NCBI GenBank assembly: GCA_963816395.1
Contig: CAWFKQ010000005.1
Location: 448,001 to 512,000 of the forward strand
Length of the DNA stretch: 64,000 nt
Source: an uncultured delta proteobacterium
GTDB taxonomy: Bacteria > Desulfobacterota > Desulfuromonadia > Desulfuromonadales > JACZKF01
Direction of reading: 5' to 3'
The notes beneath the pieces were generated by a model. The model saw nothing but the letters and a program-made list of their open reading frames with translations. It did not search any database and was not told the origin of the DNA. Each line of letters opens with the position of its first letter. Positions within the stretch are counted from its first letter, which is position 1. The position numbers were made by a program, and so were the translations under genes. Below, piece after piece: positions 21,843 through 32,505 of the stretch.

Positions 21843-23890
21843 ATGTGTGGCATAGCCGGCATACTCAACCTGGAAAACGCCTCCCCCGTTGCGGAAGACC
21901 TGCTGTTGCGGATGGTTTCCATCCTCCGCCACCGCGGACCGGATGAGTCGGGAATTTATCTGGAGCCTCAGATCGGCCTCGGCCAGGCCCGGCTGAGCAT
22001 CATCGGCCTGGACGGCGGCACCCAGCCGATCGGCAATGAGGATGGCTCGCTCTGGATCGTCTACAACGGTGAGGCCTTCAACTACCTGGAACTCAGGGAA
22101 GAGCTCCGCCGCCGGGGACATCGCTTCGCTACCGAGACCGACACCGAAGTGGTCCTCCACCTCTATGAGGAATGGGGGCCACGCTGTCTGGAGCGGATCA
22201 ACGGCCAATTCGCCCTGGCCATCTGGGACGCCGATAAGCGGGAGCTCTTCCTGGCGCGCGACCGGGTCGGCATCCGCCCCCTCTATTTTACCCGCGCCGG
22301 CGGCTGCTTGCTGTTCGCCTCGGAGATCAAGGCGCTCTTCCTGCACCCGGAGGTCCGTCGGGAAATTGATCTGCAGAGCCTGGCGCAGGTATTTACCTTC
22401 TGGACCACCCTTACGCCGAGGACGGTCTTCCGCGGCGTGCAGGAGGTCCCGCCAGGCCATTACCTGCGCATCCGCGACGGCCGCCTGACCGAAAAGGCCT
22501 GGTGGCAGCTCCCCTATTCCCCCCCGGCGGAGCGCCGGCCGGGCACCCTGCCCGAGGCGCGGGAGGAACTCGCCGCCCTGCTGGCCGATTCGGTGCGCCT
22601 GCGCCTGCGCGCCGATGTTCCGGTCGGTGCTTACCTCAGCGGCGGCCTTGATTCTTCCATTCTCTCCACCCTGGCTGCCGATGCCCTGGGCGAAAACGGT
22701 CTGCGCACCTTCTCCCTGCGTTTTGCCGAGAGTGCCTTTGACGAGACCCCTTTCCAGCAGGAGATGGTGCGTTTTCTCGGCACCGACCACCGCGAACTCC
22801 AGGTGGCCGGCGCGGACCTCGGCCGGCACTCTGGCCGAAGTGGCCTGGCACTGTGAAAAACCGCTGCTGCGCACCAGCCCGATCCCCCTCTTCCTGCTTT
22901 CCCGGCTGGTGCGGGACAGCGGCCTGAAGGTGGTGCTCACCGGCGAGGGAGCGGACGAGATCTTCGGCGGCTACAACATCTTCAAGGAAGCTAAAGTCCG
23001 CCATTACTGGTCCCGTCGGCCGCAATCCTTGCGCCGCCCCCGGCTGCTCGAGCGGCTTTATCCCTACGTATTCCGGAATCCGGGACGGGAGCGCTATTTC
23101 CTGCAGAAATTTTTTTCCGTGCAGCCCGGCCGGGAGGACGGACCCCTGCTTCTCCCATCAGATCCGCTGGGCCGAGGGCCGGCGTCTGCTGCACTTCTTC
23201 TCCCCCGCTGCCGCCGCCGCCCTGAACGGGTATGATCCTCTCGTCGAGCTGCCTCCCCTGCTGCCGCCGGATTTCGCCGACCGCGACCTGCTCTCCCGCG
23301 CCCAGTGGCTGGAGATGAATATTTTCCTCAGCAACTATCTCCTCTCCAGTCAGGGGGACCGAGTGGCTATGGCTCATTCACTGGAGCTGCGGCATCCTTT
23401 CCTCGACTACCGGGTGATCGATTTTGCCCTGCGCCTGCCCGCCTCCTGGAAATTGCGGGCCTTGCAGGAGAAATATCTTTTGAAATCGACCTTCCACCGC
23501 CGGCTGCCGAAGAGTGTGGTGCAGCGGCCGAAGCAGCCATACCGGGCGCCGATCCGCGAGCTCTTCCTGGATTGCGGGGGCGACTCCCTCCTCGGCCAGG
23601 TCTTAAGTCAGGAGGCGCTGCGTGATGCGGGGCTGTTTAATCCAGCCAAGGTCGACCAACTGCTGCGGCGCCTCCGGGAAGGGACTCCGGGATCGTCTGA
23701 ATGGCAGAACATGGCGCTGGTCGGCATCGCCACCAGTCAACTGCTCCATCATCAGTTTATCCGCGGAGCATCTCTGCCGGCCGAGCCGCCAGCAGCTGCG
23801 GATCTGATTGTACGCCGGCCGGCGTCCGGCTCCCGGGACGCGGTCGGGCCGGAAGTCTTTTCCCCAAGGGAGGTAAGGAAAACAGGATGA
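21843..23890 (+). CDS. asnB: Asparagine synthase (glutamine-hydrolysing)-family amidotransferase (frameshifts near 22825, 23140)
   Basis: MCGIAG N-terminal nucleophile Cys, HRGPD, RLSII, ARDRVGIRPLY, YLSGGLDSS, VLTGEGADE, DRVAMAHSLELRHPFLD. Confidence 0.88.
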
Positions 23891-24924
23891 ATGAAGCTCA
23901 GGTAGCAGCAAGGACTATCTTTTCAGCCGAGGCGCTCCGCCTCGACCCGGCCCGTGAAAGCGAAATGATCTGTGCCAGACTGCGGGCACTGCTGGCCGCT
24001 CCGCTGCACCGGCGGGGAGTGGTGATCGGCCTCTCCGGCGGCATCGACAGCAGCGTCACCGCCGCCCTGGCGGCCCGGGCAGTAGGGCCGCAGCGGGTGC
24101 TCGCCCTGCAGATGCCGGAGCGCCACTCGGCACCCGAAACCCTCTGGCTCAGCCGCCTGGCAGCGGATCATCTGGGGATCCGCCACCTGCACGAGGACAT
24201 TACCGGAATCCTGGAGGCCGTTGGTTTCTACCGCCGCTATGCCGAAGCGGTACGCCAGGTCATTCCCGAATACGGCGACGGCTGGACCTCGAAGATCATC
24301 TCCGACCCCTCGGCCGGCGGCTTTCATCTCTTCTCCCTGGTTGCCCGACGGCCCGACGGATCACTGTTGACCCGGCGCCTGCCGCTCCGCGCCTATCTGG
24401 AGATCGTCGCCGCCACCAATTTCAAGCAGCGGATCCGAAAAATGCTCGAATACTATCATGCCGATCGCCTGAATTATGCCGTCGCCGGAACTCCCAATCG
24501 CCTGGAGTACGACCAGGGATTCTTCGTCAAGCTCGGCGACGGGGCGGCCGACATCAAACCGATCGCCCATCTGTACAAATCGCAGGTTTACCAGTTGGCA
24601 AGCTACCTCGGGATCCCCGAGGAAATCATCCGACGGCCGCCCACCACCGACACCTATTCACTGCCCCAGGGGCAGGACGAATTCTATTTCACCCTGCCCC
24701 TGGCCAAACTCGATCTTTGTCTTTACGGCCTGAATCACGGCGTGCCGGCAGCTGACGTGGCGGCGGCGGGCGGTCTGGAGCCTCCGGAGGTGGAAGCCGT
24801 TTTTCGGGAAATCGAGGCAAAGCGTGCCGCCACGCGCTACCAGCATCTGTCGCCGCTGCTGGTGGAGGAGATCGCCGAAATCGGCGGCAATTCCCCGTTT
24901 GCTGCCGCCATCCCGTGTGCCTGA
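23887..24924 (+). CDS. nadE: NH3-dependent NAD synthetase-like (NadE paralog) ATP pyrophosphatase
   Basis: IGLSGGIDSS PP-loop, NFKQRIRK, AGTPNRLEYDQGFFVKLGDG, PIAHLYKSQVY; ATGA overlap with asnB. Confidence 0.8.
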   Translation: MNEAQVAARTIFSAEALRLDPARESEMICARLRALLAAPLHRRGVVIGLSGGIDSSVTAALAARAVGPQRVLALQMPERHSAPETLWLSRLAADHLGIRHLHEDITGILEAVGFYRRYAEAVRQVIPEYGDGWTSKIISDPSAGGFHLFSLVARRPDGSLLTRRLPLRAYLEIVAATNFKQRIRKMLEYYHADRLNYAVAGTPNRLEYDQGFFVKLGDGAADIKPIAHLYKSQVYQLASYLGIPEEIIRRPPTTDTYSLPQGQDEFYFTLPLAKLDLCLYGLNHGVPAADVAAAGGLEPPEVEAVFREIEAKRAATRYQHLSPLLVEEIAEIGGNSPFAAAIPCA

Positions 24925-24967
24925 AATATTTTCCCGGCGGTTTTCGCCGGAAGAAAGGAATCAATTT

Positions 24968-25249
24968 ATGAACGACATCAAGGGCAGGATCAGGGCATTC
25001 ATTGTGGACAATTTCCTCTTCGGCGATGACGCCGGTCTGAGGGAGGAATCCTCCTTCCTCGAGGAGGGAATAATCGACTCGACGGGGGTTCTTGAACTGG
25101 TTACCTTTATCGAGGAGGAGTTCGAACTGACCATCCTTGACGAAGAATTGATACCGGAGAACTTCGATTCCATTAACCGGGTTGCGCGCTTTTTACAGGA
25201 AAAACAGCGGGAGGCACTAGACGTACGGCCCCTGCCGGCGACGATGTAG
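24968..25249 (+). CDS. Acyl/aminoacyl carrier protein
   Basis: Small acidic protein with GIIDSTGVLELV phosphopantetheine-site motif and ENFDSI. Confidence 0.88.
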   Translation: MNDIKGRIRAFIVDNFLFGDDAGLREESSFLEEGIIDSTGVLELVTFIEEEFELTILDEELIPENFDSINRVARFLQEKQREALDVRPLPATM

Positions 25250-25305
25250 GCAAGGTATGCCGAAGTACGGATCGCGTTTTCAACCCAAAGGAGAGATGAA
25301 CCGTG

Positions 25306-26942
25306 ATGCTGGTACAGAACTTCCTGGAGCAGGCGGCGACGCGGCGGCCCGCCAAGACGGCCCTGGTCTGCGCCGGAAGGCGCCTGAGCTATGCCGAAAT
25401 CGACGCCCGGGCCGACCGTCTGGCCGCGGCGCTGGCCGAAATGGGGGTGCGGCGCCATGACCGGGTGGTCATTTTCCTGGAGAACTCCCCCGAGGCGGTG
25501 ATCGCGCTTTTCGGCATCCTCAAGGCCGGCGCCGCTTTCGTCCTGCTCAACCCGGGGATGAAGGCGGCGAAGCTGGCCTTCATCCTCAACGACTGCGGCG
25601 CCCGGGCCATCATCGCCCATGCCGGCCGCCGAGCCGGTGGTCGGGGAGGCGCTCGCTCAGGCGCCTGAAGTGAAGGCGCGTTATCTGGTGCGGCGACTGC
25701 CCGCCGCCGGCGGTCCGCCCTGGACGGCAAGGACCCAGGCCCGGTGGGAAACGGTTGTCGACCGTCTCCCTGCCGGTCCGCCGGCCCGGCCCCCGGCATC
25801 GACATCGATCTGGCGACAATCATCTACACCTCCGGTTCGACCGGCGAGCCGAAGGGGGTCGTTTCGACGCACTACAACGTGGTGGCAGCGGCGCGCAGCA
25901 TCACCACTTACCTGCGCAATCAGGAGGAGGACATCATCCTTAATGCCCTGCCCCTCTCCTTCGACTACGGGCTCTATCAGGCACTGATGGCCACCCTTTT
26001 CGGCGGCACGCTGGTGCTGGAGAAATCCTTCGTCTTCCCCTACAAGATCCTGGAGCGCCTGGTGGAGGAGCGGGTCACCGGCTTTCCCATCGTGCCCACC
26101 ATGGTCGCCCTGCTGCTGCAGATGGAGGATCTGCGGCGCTTCGACCTCAGTACCCTGCGCTACATCACCAACACCGCCGCCGCCCTGCCCGTCCCTTATA
26201 TCCAGCGCTTGCGGGCGCTCTTTCCCCAGGTGCAGATCTATTCCATGTACGGGCTGACCGAGTGCAAGCGCGCTCTTTACCTGCCGCCGGAGGAACTCGC
26301 CCGCCGACCCCGGTTCGGTGGGCATCCCCATTCCCAACGAGGAAGCGTTCGTGGTGGACGAGGCAGGGCAGGAGGTCGCGCCGGGGGAGATCGGTGAGCT
26401 GGTGATCCGTGGGCAGAACGTCATGCAGGGTTATTGGAACCGCCCCGAGGAAACCGCCCGCACCTTCCGCCCGGGGCGCTGGCGCGGCGGAAACCCTCCT
26501 CTACACCGGCGATCTGTTCCGACGGGATGCCGAGGGCTTCCTCTATTTCGTCGCCCGCAAGGATGATCTGATCAAGACCAAGGGCGAACGGGTCAGCCCC
26601 CGGGAGATCGAAAACATCCTGTGCGCCCTCGACGGCGTGGCCGAGGCGGCCGTCATCGGCGTCCCGGACGAGATCCTCGGGCAGGCCATCAAGGCATACG
26701 TTGTGCCGGCCACCGGCCGGCGCTTGCGGGAGGAGGAAATCCTGCGCGGCTGCGTTCGCCAGCTTGAGTCGTTCATGGTCCCGAAATACCTGGAAATTCG
26801 TGAGAGCCTGCCGAAATCGGCGAGCGGCAAAATCGACAAGAAAAGTCTGGCCGCCGAAGATCCCCGGCACCGCTCACTGTTGTCCGCCGGGCAACCTGCC
26901 GCCTCGCCGGAGACATTCGCCTGCCTGCCGATCGGCGGCTGA
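25306..26942 (+). CDS. AMP-dependent adenylating ligase (several frameshifts)
   Basis: IIYTSGSTGEPKGV, MYGLTEC, YTGDLF, RKDDLIKTKGERVSPREIE, PKSASGKIDK, pieced across ORFs 25303, 25744, 26318 and 26409. Confidence 0.85.
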
Positions 26943-27012
26943 CCGAGATGAAACTTTTCGCCGGCGGGATCGGGAGCCCGCCCCTCACTACACACCTTGC
27001 TATACTGGAGTG

Positions 27013-28164
27013 ATGGCGCACGCTACCCGTCTCTTCCAGGCAGGCCTCGCTTTAGCACTTCTCCTGCTCTCCGGCTGCGTCCCTGATCACCCCTACGAGT
27101 CAGCTCTGCTCCTCGCCGATTTCGCCGCCGGCAGCGGCCCCAGCAGATTGAAGACACAGACGCCGGTGCCACGCCGAGAATCTCTGCGTATCACAATCCG
27201 CGACCGCAGCTACCAGGCTGACCTTTACACCTCCGGGGAGAAGCCGATGGCGCCTCTTCTGATCGTTCCCGGTGCCGCCGAGTCAGGGAAAGACGACCCG
27301 CGGCTGGTCGCCTTCGCCACCAGCCTGGCCCGGGTCCGCTTTGCCGTTCTCGTCCCCGACCTTCCCGGCCTGCGCCGCCTGCAGGTCAGCACCGCCAACA
27401 TACAGGAGGTGGCCGACGTCTTCAGCTGGCTGCTCGCCCGCCCGGAACTGGCGCCGGCCGGAAGGGGCGGCATGGTCGCTTTCAGCTACGGCGCCGGACC
27501 GGCCCTGCTGGCCGCCCGCCAGCCGGAGCTGCGTGAACGGGCGGCCTTCCTGCTGCTCGTCGGGGGCTACTACGACCTGCCGGCGGCCCTGACCTATTTC
27601 ACCACCGGCTGGTATCGGCAGGAGGGCGAGTGGCGCCACCAGGAGCCGAATGCCTACGGCAAGTGGGTCTTCGTCCAGGCCAACCTGGAGCGGGTGACGG
27701 ACGCCCGCGACCGGGAGCTGCTGCGAACGATAGCCGAACGCAAGATGTCGAACCTGCAGGCGCCGGTGACCGACCTCGCCGCCCGACTCGGCCCGGAGGG
27801 GCGCGCCCTTTATGCCTTCCTCACCAACCGCGACCCGCGGCGCACGCCCCTGCTGCTGCGCGAGCTGCCGGCGGCCATCCGCGAGGAAATTGCCGCCCTC
27901 GACCTGGCCACCAGGGACTTATCCCACCTGACCGCCCGCCTCCTGCTGGTGCACGGCTACGACGACCCGATCATCCCCTTCACCCAGAGCGTTGAGCTGG
28001 CCCGCGCCGCCCCGGATACCGAGCTCTTCCTGCTGCGCGGTCTCTACCATGTCGACCTGCGGCCCGGATGGGTCGACCGCTGGCGCCTCTGGCAGTTGAC
28101 TGGCAGCCTGCTGGGCCGGCGCGACGAACTCGCCACTCAGGCCGCACCCCTCCGTTCGCCTTAA
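27013..28164 (+). CDS. Alpha/beta-hydrolase-fold lipoprotein
   Basis: LSGC lipobox, AFSYG nucleophile elbow, HGYDDPIIP (Asp), late LYH (His). Confidence 0.7.
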   Translation: MAHATRLFQAGLALALLLLSGCVPDHPYESALLLADFAAGSGPSRLKTQTPVPRRESLRITIRDRSYQADLYTSGEKPMAPLLIVPGAAESGKDDPRLVAFATSLARVRFAVLVPDLPGLRRLQVSTANIQEVADVFSWLLARPELAPAGRGGMVAFSYGAGPALLAARQPELRERAAFLLLVGGYYDLPAALTYFTTGWYRQEGEWRHQEPNAYGKWVFVQANLERVTDARDRELLRTIAERKMSNLQAPVTDLAARLGPEGRALYAFLTNRDPRRTPLLLRELPAAIREEIAALDLATRDLSHLTARLLLVHGYDDPIIPFTQSVELARAAPDTELFLLRGLYHVDLRPGWVDRWRLWQLTGSLLGRRDELATQAAPLRSP

Positions 28165-28265
28165 TTCATTATAACTAGCTGTTAAATAATAATTTTTCTA
28201 CTTGCAATTACCTCCTGTTCTGTTATTGGAAAGATAGAACCCGTTCTTGTGCAAAGGAGGTCCAA

Positions 28266-28976
28266 ATGATCAGGAGAGGATTATCCGGCTTGTCCGGCGC
28301 GGCTTTCGGCGCCGTCCTGCTGCTTTTCGCCGCCGCCCCGGTGCAGGCGTTGACCATGTACAGCAGCGACCTGACCCCGCTCAACGACTCCGGAGTTTTT
28401 GGCACGGTCCAGATGACCATGGATGACAACCTGCTGACGGTGCACATCGAAGCCCACGGCCTTGAGGCCGACCAATTGCACCCGCAGCATATCCATGGGC
28501 TCTTCGGCCCCGATGGCGCTCCGACCGCTTCCGTTCTGCCCACCATGGCTCTTGACACCGACGGCGACGGGTACATCGAACTGGGTGAAGGACAAGCCGC
28601 CTATGGGCCGGTCCTCCTCCCCCTGACCTCACCGCCCGGCGGCGCCGCCGGCGATTACCCGGTCGCCAATAACGGCGGCAACATCAATTTCAAGGAGACT
28701 TACGATCTCACCGATGCCGGCGTGTTCGCCGACGACTTCGTCCGCAGCATGCTGCTCCCCCTCTCCCTGCGCGAGATCGTCCTGCACGGGATGACCGTAG
28801 CCGGCGACGTCGGCGCGGGAACCGGCGGTGAAGTCGACGGCACTCCCGGCTACAAGGCTTCCCTGCCGGTAGCGGCTGGCCTGATTGAGGCGGTGCCGGT
28901 GCCCGAACCGGCCACCCTGCTCCTCACCGGCCTCGGCCTGCTCGGGCTGGCCGCCAGACGACGCCGGCATGGCTGA
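28266..28976 (+). CDS. PEP-CTERM sorting-domain protein with CHRD-like domain
   Basis: Signal peptide, HPQHIHG, DTDGDGYIELGE EF-hand-like loop, C-terminal VPEPATLLLTGLGLLGLAARRRR. Confidence 0.88.
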   Translation: MIRRGLSGLSGAAFGAVLLLFAAAPVQALTMYSSDLTPLNDSGVFGTVQMTMDDNLLTVHIEAHGLEADQLHPQHIHGLFGPDGAPTASVLPTMALDTDGDGYIELGEGQAAYGPVLLPLTSPPGGAAGDYPVANNGGNINFKETYDLTDAGVFADDFVRSMLLPLSLREIVLHGMTVAGDVGAGTGGEVDGTPGYKASLPVAAGLIEAVPVPEPATLLLTGLGLLGLAARRRRHG

Positions 28977-29168
28977 CCGGTGCACGCTGGCGCCTCGGTC
29001 GCGGGATGTGCAGTTCCTGACAGCCGTCGGCGCCAGCCAGGAAAGCAGGAGAAAACGCCATGACACTCCATCCCCTCCGACTCCTGCCCCTGCTGCTCCT
29101 GCTCGGGCTGGGGCCGGGGCGGGCCGCTGGCGTGGCCGCCGGCACAACCGCCAAGAGGAGATAACAAA

Positions 29169-29627
29169 ATGGGACTTGAACTTTCCAGCCCGGTGATCCG
29201 CGACCAGAACATCCCGCAGCATTACACCTGCGACGGCGATAACGTCTCCCCACCTCTGGCCTGGGGCAATGTACCCGAGCAGGCGCAGAGTCTTACCCTG
29301 ATCGCCGAAGATCCGGACGCCCCCGGCGGTGTCTTCACCCACTGGCTGCTCTTCAACATCCCCCCCGGCGTCAAGGAACTCCCCGAGGACGTCCGCCGGG
29401 ACGAGACACTCCCCAACGGCGCCCGTCAAGGAATCAATGATTTCGGCAAGATCGGCTACGGCGGCCCCTGCCCTCCCGGCGGCACGCACCGCTACTATTT
29501 CAAGCTCTACGCCCTCGACACTCTGCTCGATCTGAAGCCAGGTGCGACCAAGGAACAGCTCCTCGATGCCATCCAGGGGCACATCCTGGCCGAGACCGAG
29601 GTCATGGGCAAATACTCGCGTCATTGA
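29169..29627 (+). CDS. YbhB/YbcL (PEBP, Raf kinase inhibitor-like) protein; may begin at 29060 with a frameshifted signal peptide
   Basis: YTCDG.NVSPPL.W, DPDAP, FTHW, GYGGPCPP, HRYYF. Confidence 0.9.
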   Translation: MGLELSSPVIRDQNIPQHYTCDGDNVSPPLAWGNVPEQAQSLTLIAEDPDAPGGVFTHWLLFNIPPGVKELPEDVRRDETLPNGARQGINDFGKIGYGGPCPPGGTHRYYFKLYALDTLLDLKPGATKEQLLDAIQGHILAETEVMGKYSRH

Positions 29628-29648
29628 CCTCCCTGCACCCATGCCAAC

Positions 29649-29676
29649 AAGGGCGCCCATCAGGGCGCCCTTTTTT
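29649..29676 (+). terminator. Intrinsic terminator
   Basis: AAGGGCGCCC-ATCA-GGGCGCCC-TTTTTT. Confidence 0.8.
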
Positions 29677-29799
29677 GCCAAACATCCATCCGCCCGCCAG
29701 GATCCGAAAAATCCCCCACCGTTTCTCCTTGCCTCCCGGCACCGCCCTTTCCTATAATCCACTTCTTCGTATACCACCATTCGAATAAAGGAGTGCACC

Positions 29800-30306
29800 A
29801 TGAGCGTCGCCAACCCTCTCGTCCAGATGGAAACCTCGAAAGGCGAGATCATTCTCGAGCTCGATATCGCCAAGGCGCCCGCCACCGTCGAAAACTTCCT
29901 CGCCTACGCCCGCGCCGGCCATTATGATGGCACCATCTTTCACCGGGTTATCAAGGGATTCATGATCCAGGGCGGGGGCATGACGCCGGAGATGCAGGAG
30001 AAACCGACCGGGGCGCCGATAAAAAACGAGGCCGCCAATGGCCTGAAGAACCGGACGGGGACCATCGCCATGGCCCGCACCCAGGAGATCGACAGCGCCA
30101 CCGCCCAGTTCTTCATCAATACCGAGGACAACAAATTTCTCGACCATGTCGGTTCGAACAATTTCGGCTACGCGGTTTTCGGCAAGGTGGTCGATGGCAT
30201 GAATGTGGTTTACACCATCGAGCAGGTTGCCACTGGCAGCGCGGGAATGCACCAGGATGTGCCCAGGGAGCCGGTGATGATCGAAAAAGTTACGGTGGTG
30301 GAGTAA
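29800..30306 (+). CDS. ppiB: Cyclophilin-type peptidyl-prolyl cis-trans isomerase
   Basis: [37 protein letters not shown]; no signal peptide. Confidence 0.9.
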   Translation: MSVANPLVQMETSKGEIILELDIAKAPATVENFLAYARAGHYDGTIFHRVIKGFMIQGGGMTPEMQEKPTGAPIKNEAANGLKNRTGTIAMARTQEIDSATAQFFINTEDNKFLDHVGSNNFGYAVFGKVVDGMNVVYTIEQVATGSAGMHQDVPREPVMIEKVTVVE

Positions 30307-30367
30307 CCAGACAAGCTGATCGTAGGCCGGTTTCCGGCTGGGCGGCGGCAACTGGGCAGGGATGAGA

Positions 30368-30404
30368 CAAAAGGGCAGCCAACCGGCCGCCCTTTTGTTC
30401 TTTT
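30368..30404. terminator. Bidirectional intrinsic terminator
   Basis: CAAAAGGGCAGCC-AACC-GGCCGCCCTTTTG between convergent genes. Confidence 0.7.
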
Positions 30405-30465
30405 AACGGGAGAGAATACATCGCCGGTCGCTCCGGCGAAAAAGTCGTTTCCTGGTTTCGCCTGT

Positions 30466-31221
30466 TTACTTCATGAACTCGGTGAAGGGCACCTTCCGAT
30501 AATCGGCGGGCGGCTGGAACTCGGCATCCGGAACCGGCCCCTTTTCCACCTTCACGACCTCCTCCCCGCTCTCTTCGCCCTCCGCCCCCTGCGGCACGAT
30601 TTTGATCGGAAAGCCTTTCTGGTACAGCGACTGGTATTCCGCCGTATCCTCGGGAGCAGCAATCGGCGTGCTGCCCATCCCCGCCCCCATGCAGGAGGCC
30701 ATGCCACTGGCCATTTCGGAAAGCTTTTTCATATTTCCGAGTTCCTTGACCAGGGCAGGGTCATCGGAGAGCCACAGCTCCTCATAGGGTTCCCCGTCTA
30801 CCGTGACCTGATATTTTTCCGTATTGAAACCGGCGATTTTGCCACCGCTACCTTGCCGGGAAACGGAAACCCTCAGCGGTTTAACCGCCGGTTCCGCTTC
30901 CTTCGGCTTCATCATCTGCTCCATCATCGCCTTTTCTTCGGGCGACATGCCGCTCATGGCCTCCTGCATGGCACTTTTGCCCGCCTCACAGAAGTCCTCG
31001 ACCGTCCCTTGCGCATAGGCCTTGTCCTCGGCCTCAATGAGGGTGACCAACCCTTTCCGGGTGTCGAAAATATCGGTCTGGGCCTCCTGATCCGTGTGCT
31101 TTATCCGCCCATTGTCGATGTAGGTCCGACTGCCGTCCTTGTAGGTCAGGATGACTCCGGCCCAGGAAGTTGCGGTCAGGAGCATGGAGGACAAAACCAA
31201 TACGGGGATTTTCCTTTTCAT
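30466..31221 (-). CDS. Secreted DUF4412-like protein
   Basis: Signal peptide, KIAGFNTEKY, GFPIK, C-terminal F.PPADY motif. Confidence 0.65.
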   Translation of the reverse strand: MKRKIPVLVLSSMLLTATSWAGVILTYKDGSRTYIDNGRIKHTDQEAQTDIFDTRKGLVTLIEAEDKAYAQGTVEDFCEAGKSAMQEAMSGMSPEEKAMMEQMMKPKEAEPAVKPLRVSVSRQGSGGKIAGFNTEKYQVTVDGEPYEELWLSDDPALVKELGNMKKLSEMASGMASCMGAGMGSTPIAAPEDTAEYQSLYQKGFPIKIVPQGAEGEESGEEVVKVEKGPVPDAEFQPPADYRKVPFTEFMK

Positions 31222-31707
31222 TTTTTCCTCCTCAACGCAGCGGGAACTCCAGGCAGATTAGAAAAGAATATATATAATAAACTTCATTTGCATGCTCTTC
31301 AATCTTTTCTTCGGCATCTCGGGGGGGTGCGTTGAAAGGGTGGGGCACGAGAGGAAGCGGCGATTCTGTCGGGACGAGGATCGCCCCGACAGGAAACGCC
31401 GGAGTACTAGAAGTGCGGGCCGGGCACTGCAATCTTTTCCCTGGAGGGGTATGTGGGACAAGTTCCCAGCGCAATGACTGCTCCGGCCTGCAAGGCGATA
31501 AATTATCCGCAAATCGGGTAAATTTCCAGAAAATTCATGCGACAAAAATAAAAAATAGCATGAGAATAATCCAATTCCCATGGTTTCCACTGCCTGGCAC
31601 GTCAGGCCTTTTCTCCTTCATAATCCCGCCCGCCTGGCATCTGGCCGCATCCGCACTATAATTTTCTTACAGTTGCTGTTTTGCGAACACTCCGCAGGGA
31701 GATGCCC

Positions 31708-32493
31708 ATGAATGAACAGATGAATGCAACCGGCCCGATGTCGACAGCGGCGGCCGGCAGAGAAGCGGTGCGGGAACGGGAACTCGATTATCGCGCCGGC
31801 GGAACCACGCTCAAAGGCTACCTGGCACACAACGACAATCTCCAGGGGAAGCGTCCCGGCGTTCTGGTGGTACATGAGTGGTGGGGCCTCAACGATTATG
31901 CCCGCAAGCGGGCGCGGATGCTGGCGGAACTTGGCTACGCCGCCCTGGCCGTGGATATGTACGGGGAGGGGAAAACAGCCAGTCACCCGGCGGATGCCGG
32001 AAAATTCGCCGACGAACTGCGCCGGAATCTGCCCCTGGCCCGAGAGCGTTTTCTGGCCGCCCTCGAGACCTTGAAGAACCAGCCGGCGGTCGATCCGGAG
32101 AAGGTCGCCGCCCTCGGCTACTGCTTCGGCGGCGGGGTGGTGCTGGAGATGGCGCGCGCCGGGCTCCCCCTGAAGGGGGTGGCCAGTTTTCATGGCACCC
32201 TGGCTTTTACCTCAGCCGCCAGGCCCGGGGAGGTCAAAGCCCGAATCCTGGTCCTGCACGGCGCTGACGATCCGCTGACCACAGCGGAACAGCTCGCCAG
32301 CTTCCGGGAGGAAATGGATGCCGCCGGCGCCGATTACCGCGTCATCATTTACCCGGGCGCCAGACACAGCTTCACCAATCCGGCCGCCGACGGGTGCGGC
32401 AAGGAGTTCGATATGCCGCTGGCCTATGACCCGGACGCCGATCGGCAGTCCTGGCAGGCCCTGCAGGAATTTCTGGCGCAGATTTTCCGCTGA
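31708..32493 (+). CDS. Dienelactone hydrolase family protein
   Basis: HEWWGLN, GYCFGG nucleophile, HGADD, YPGARHSFTNP. Start 31702 or 31708. Confidence 0.9.
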   Translation: MNEQMNATGPMSTAAAGREAVRERELDYRAGGTTLKGYLAHNDNLQGKRPGVLVVHEWWGLNDYARKRARMLAELGYAALAVDMYGEGKTASHPADAGKFADELRRNLPLARERFLAALETLKNQPAVDPEKVAALGYCFGGGVVLEMARAGLPLKGVASFHGTLAFTSAARPGEVKARILVLHGADDPLTTAEQLASFREEMDAAGADYRVIIYPGARHSFTNPAADGCGKEFDMPLAYDPDADRQSWQALQEFLAQIFR

Positions 32494-32505
32494 CGAGGAG
32501 AGCCG

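Noticed and set aside
19766..23890. AsnB plus ABC exporter as a lasso-peptide cluster
   Set aside because: AsnB has an intact N-terminal Cys glutaminase domain; no B1/B2 proteins or precursor peptide are seen.
31590..31655. Sigma54 promoter (TGGCAC/TGGCAT) upstream of the dienelactone hydrolase
   Set aside because: The -24/-12 GG-to-GC spacing does not fit the consensus.
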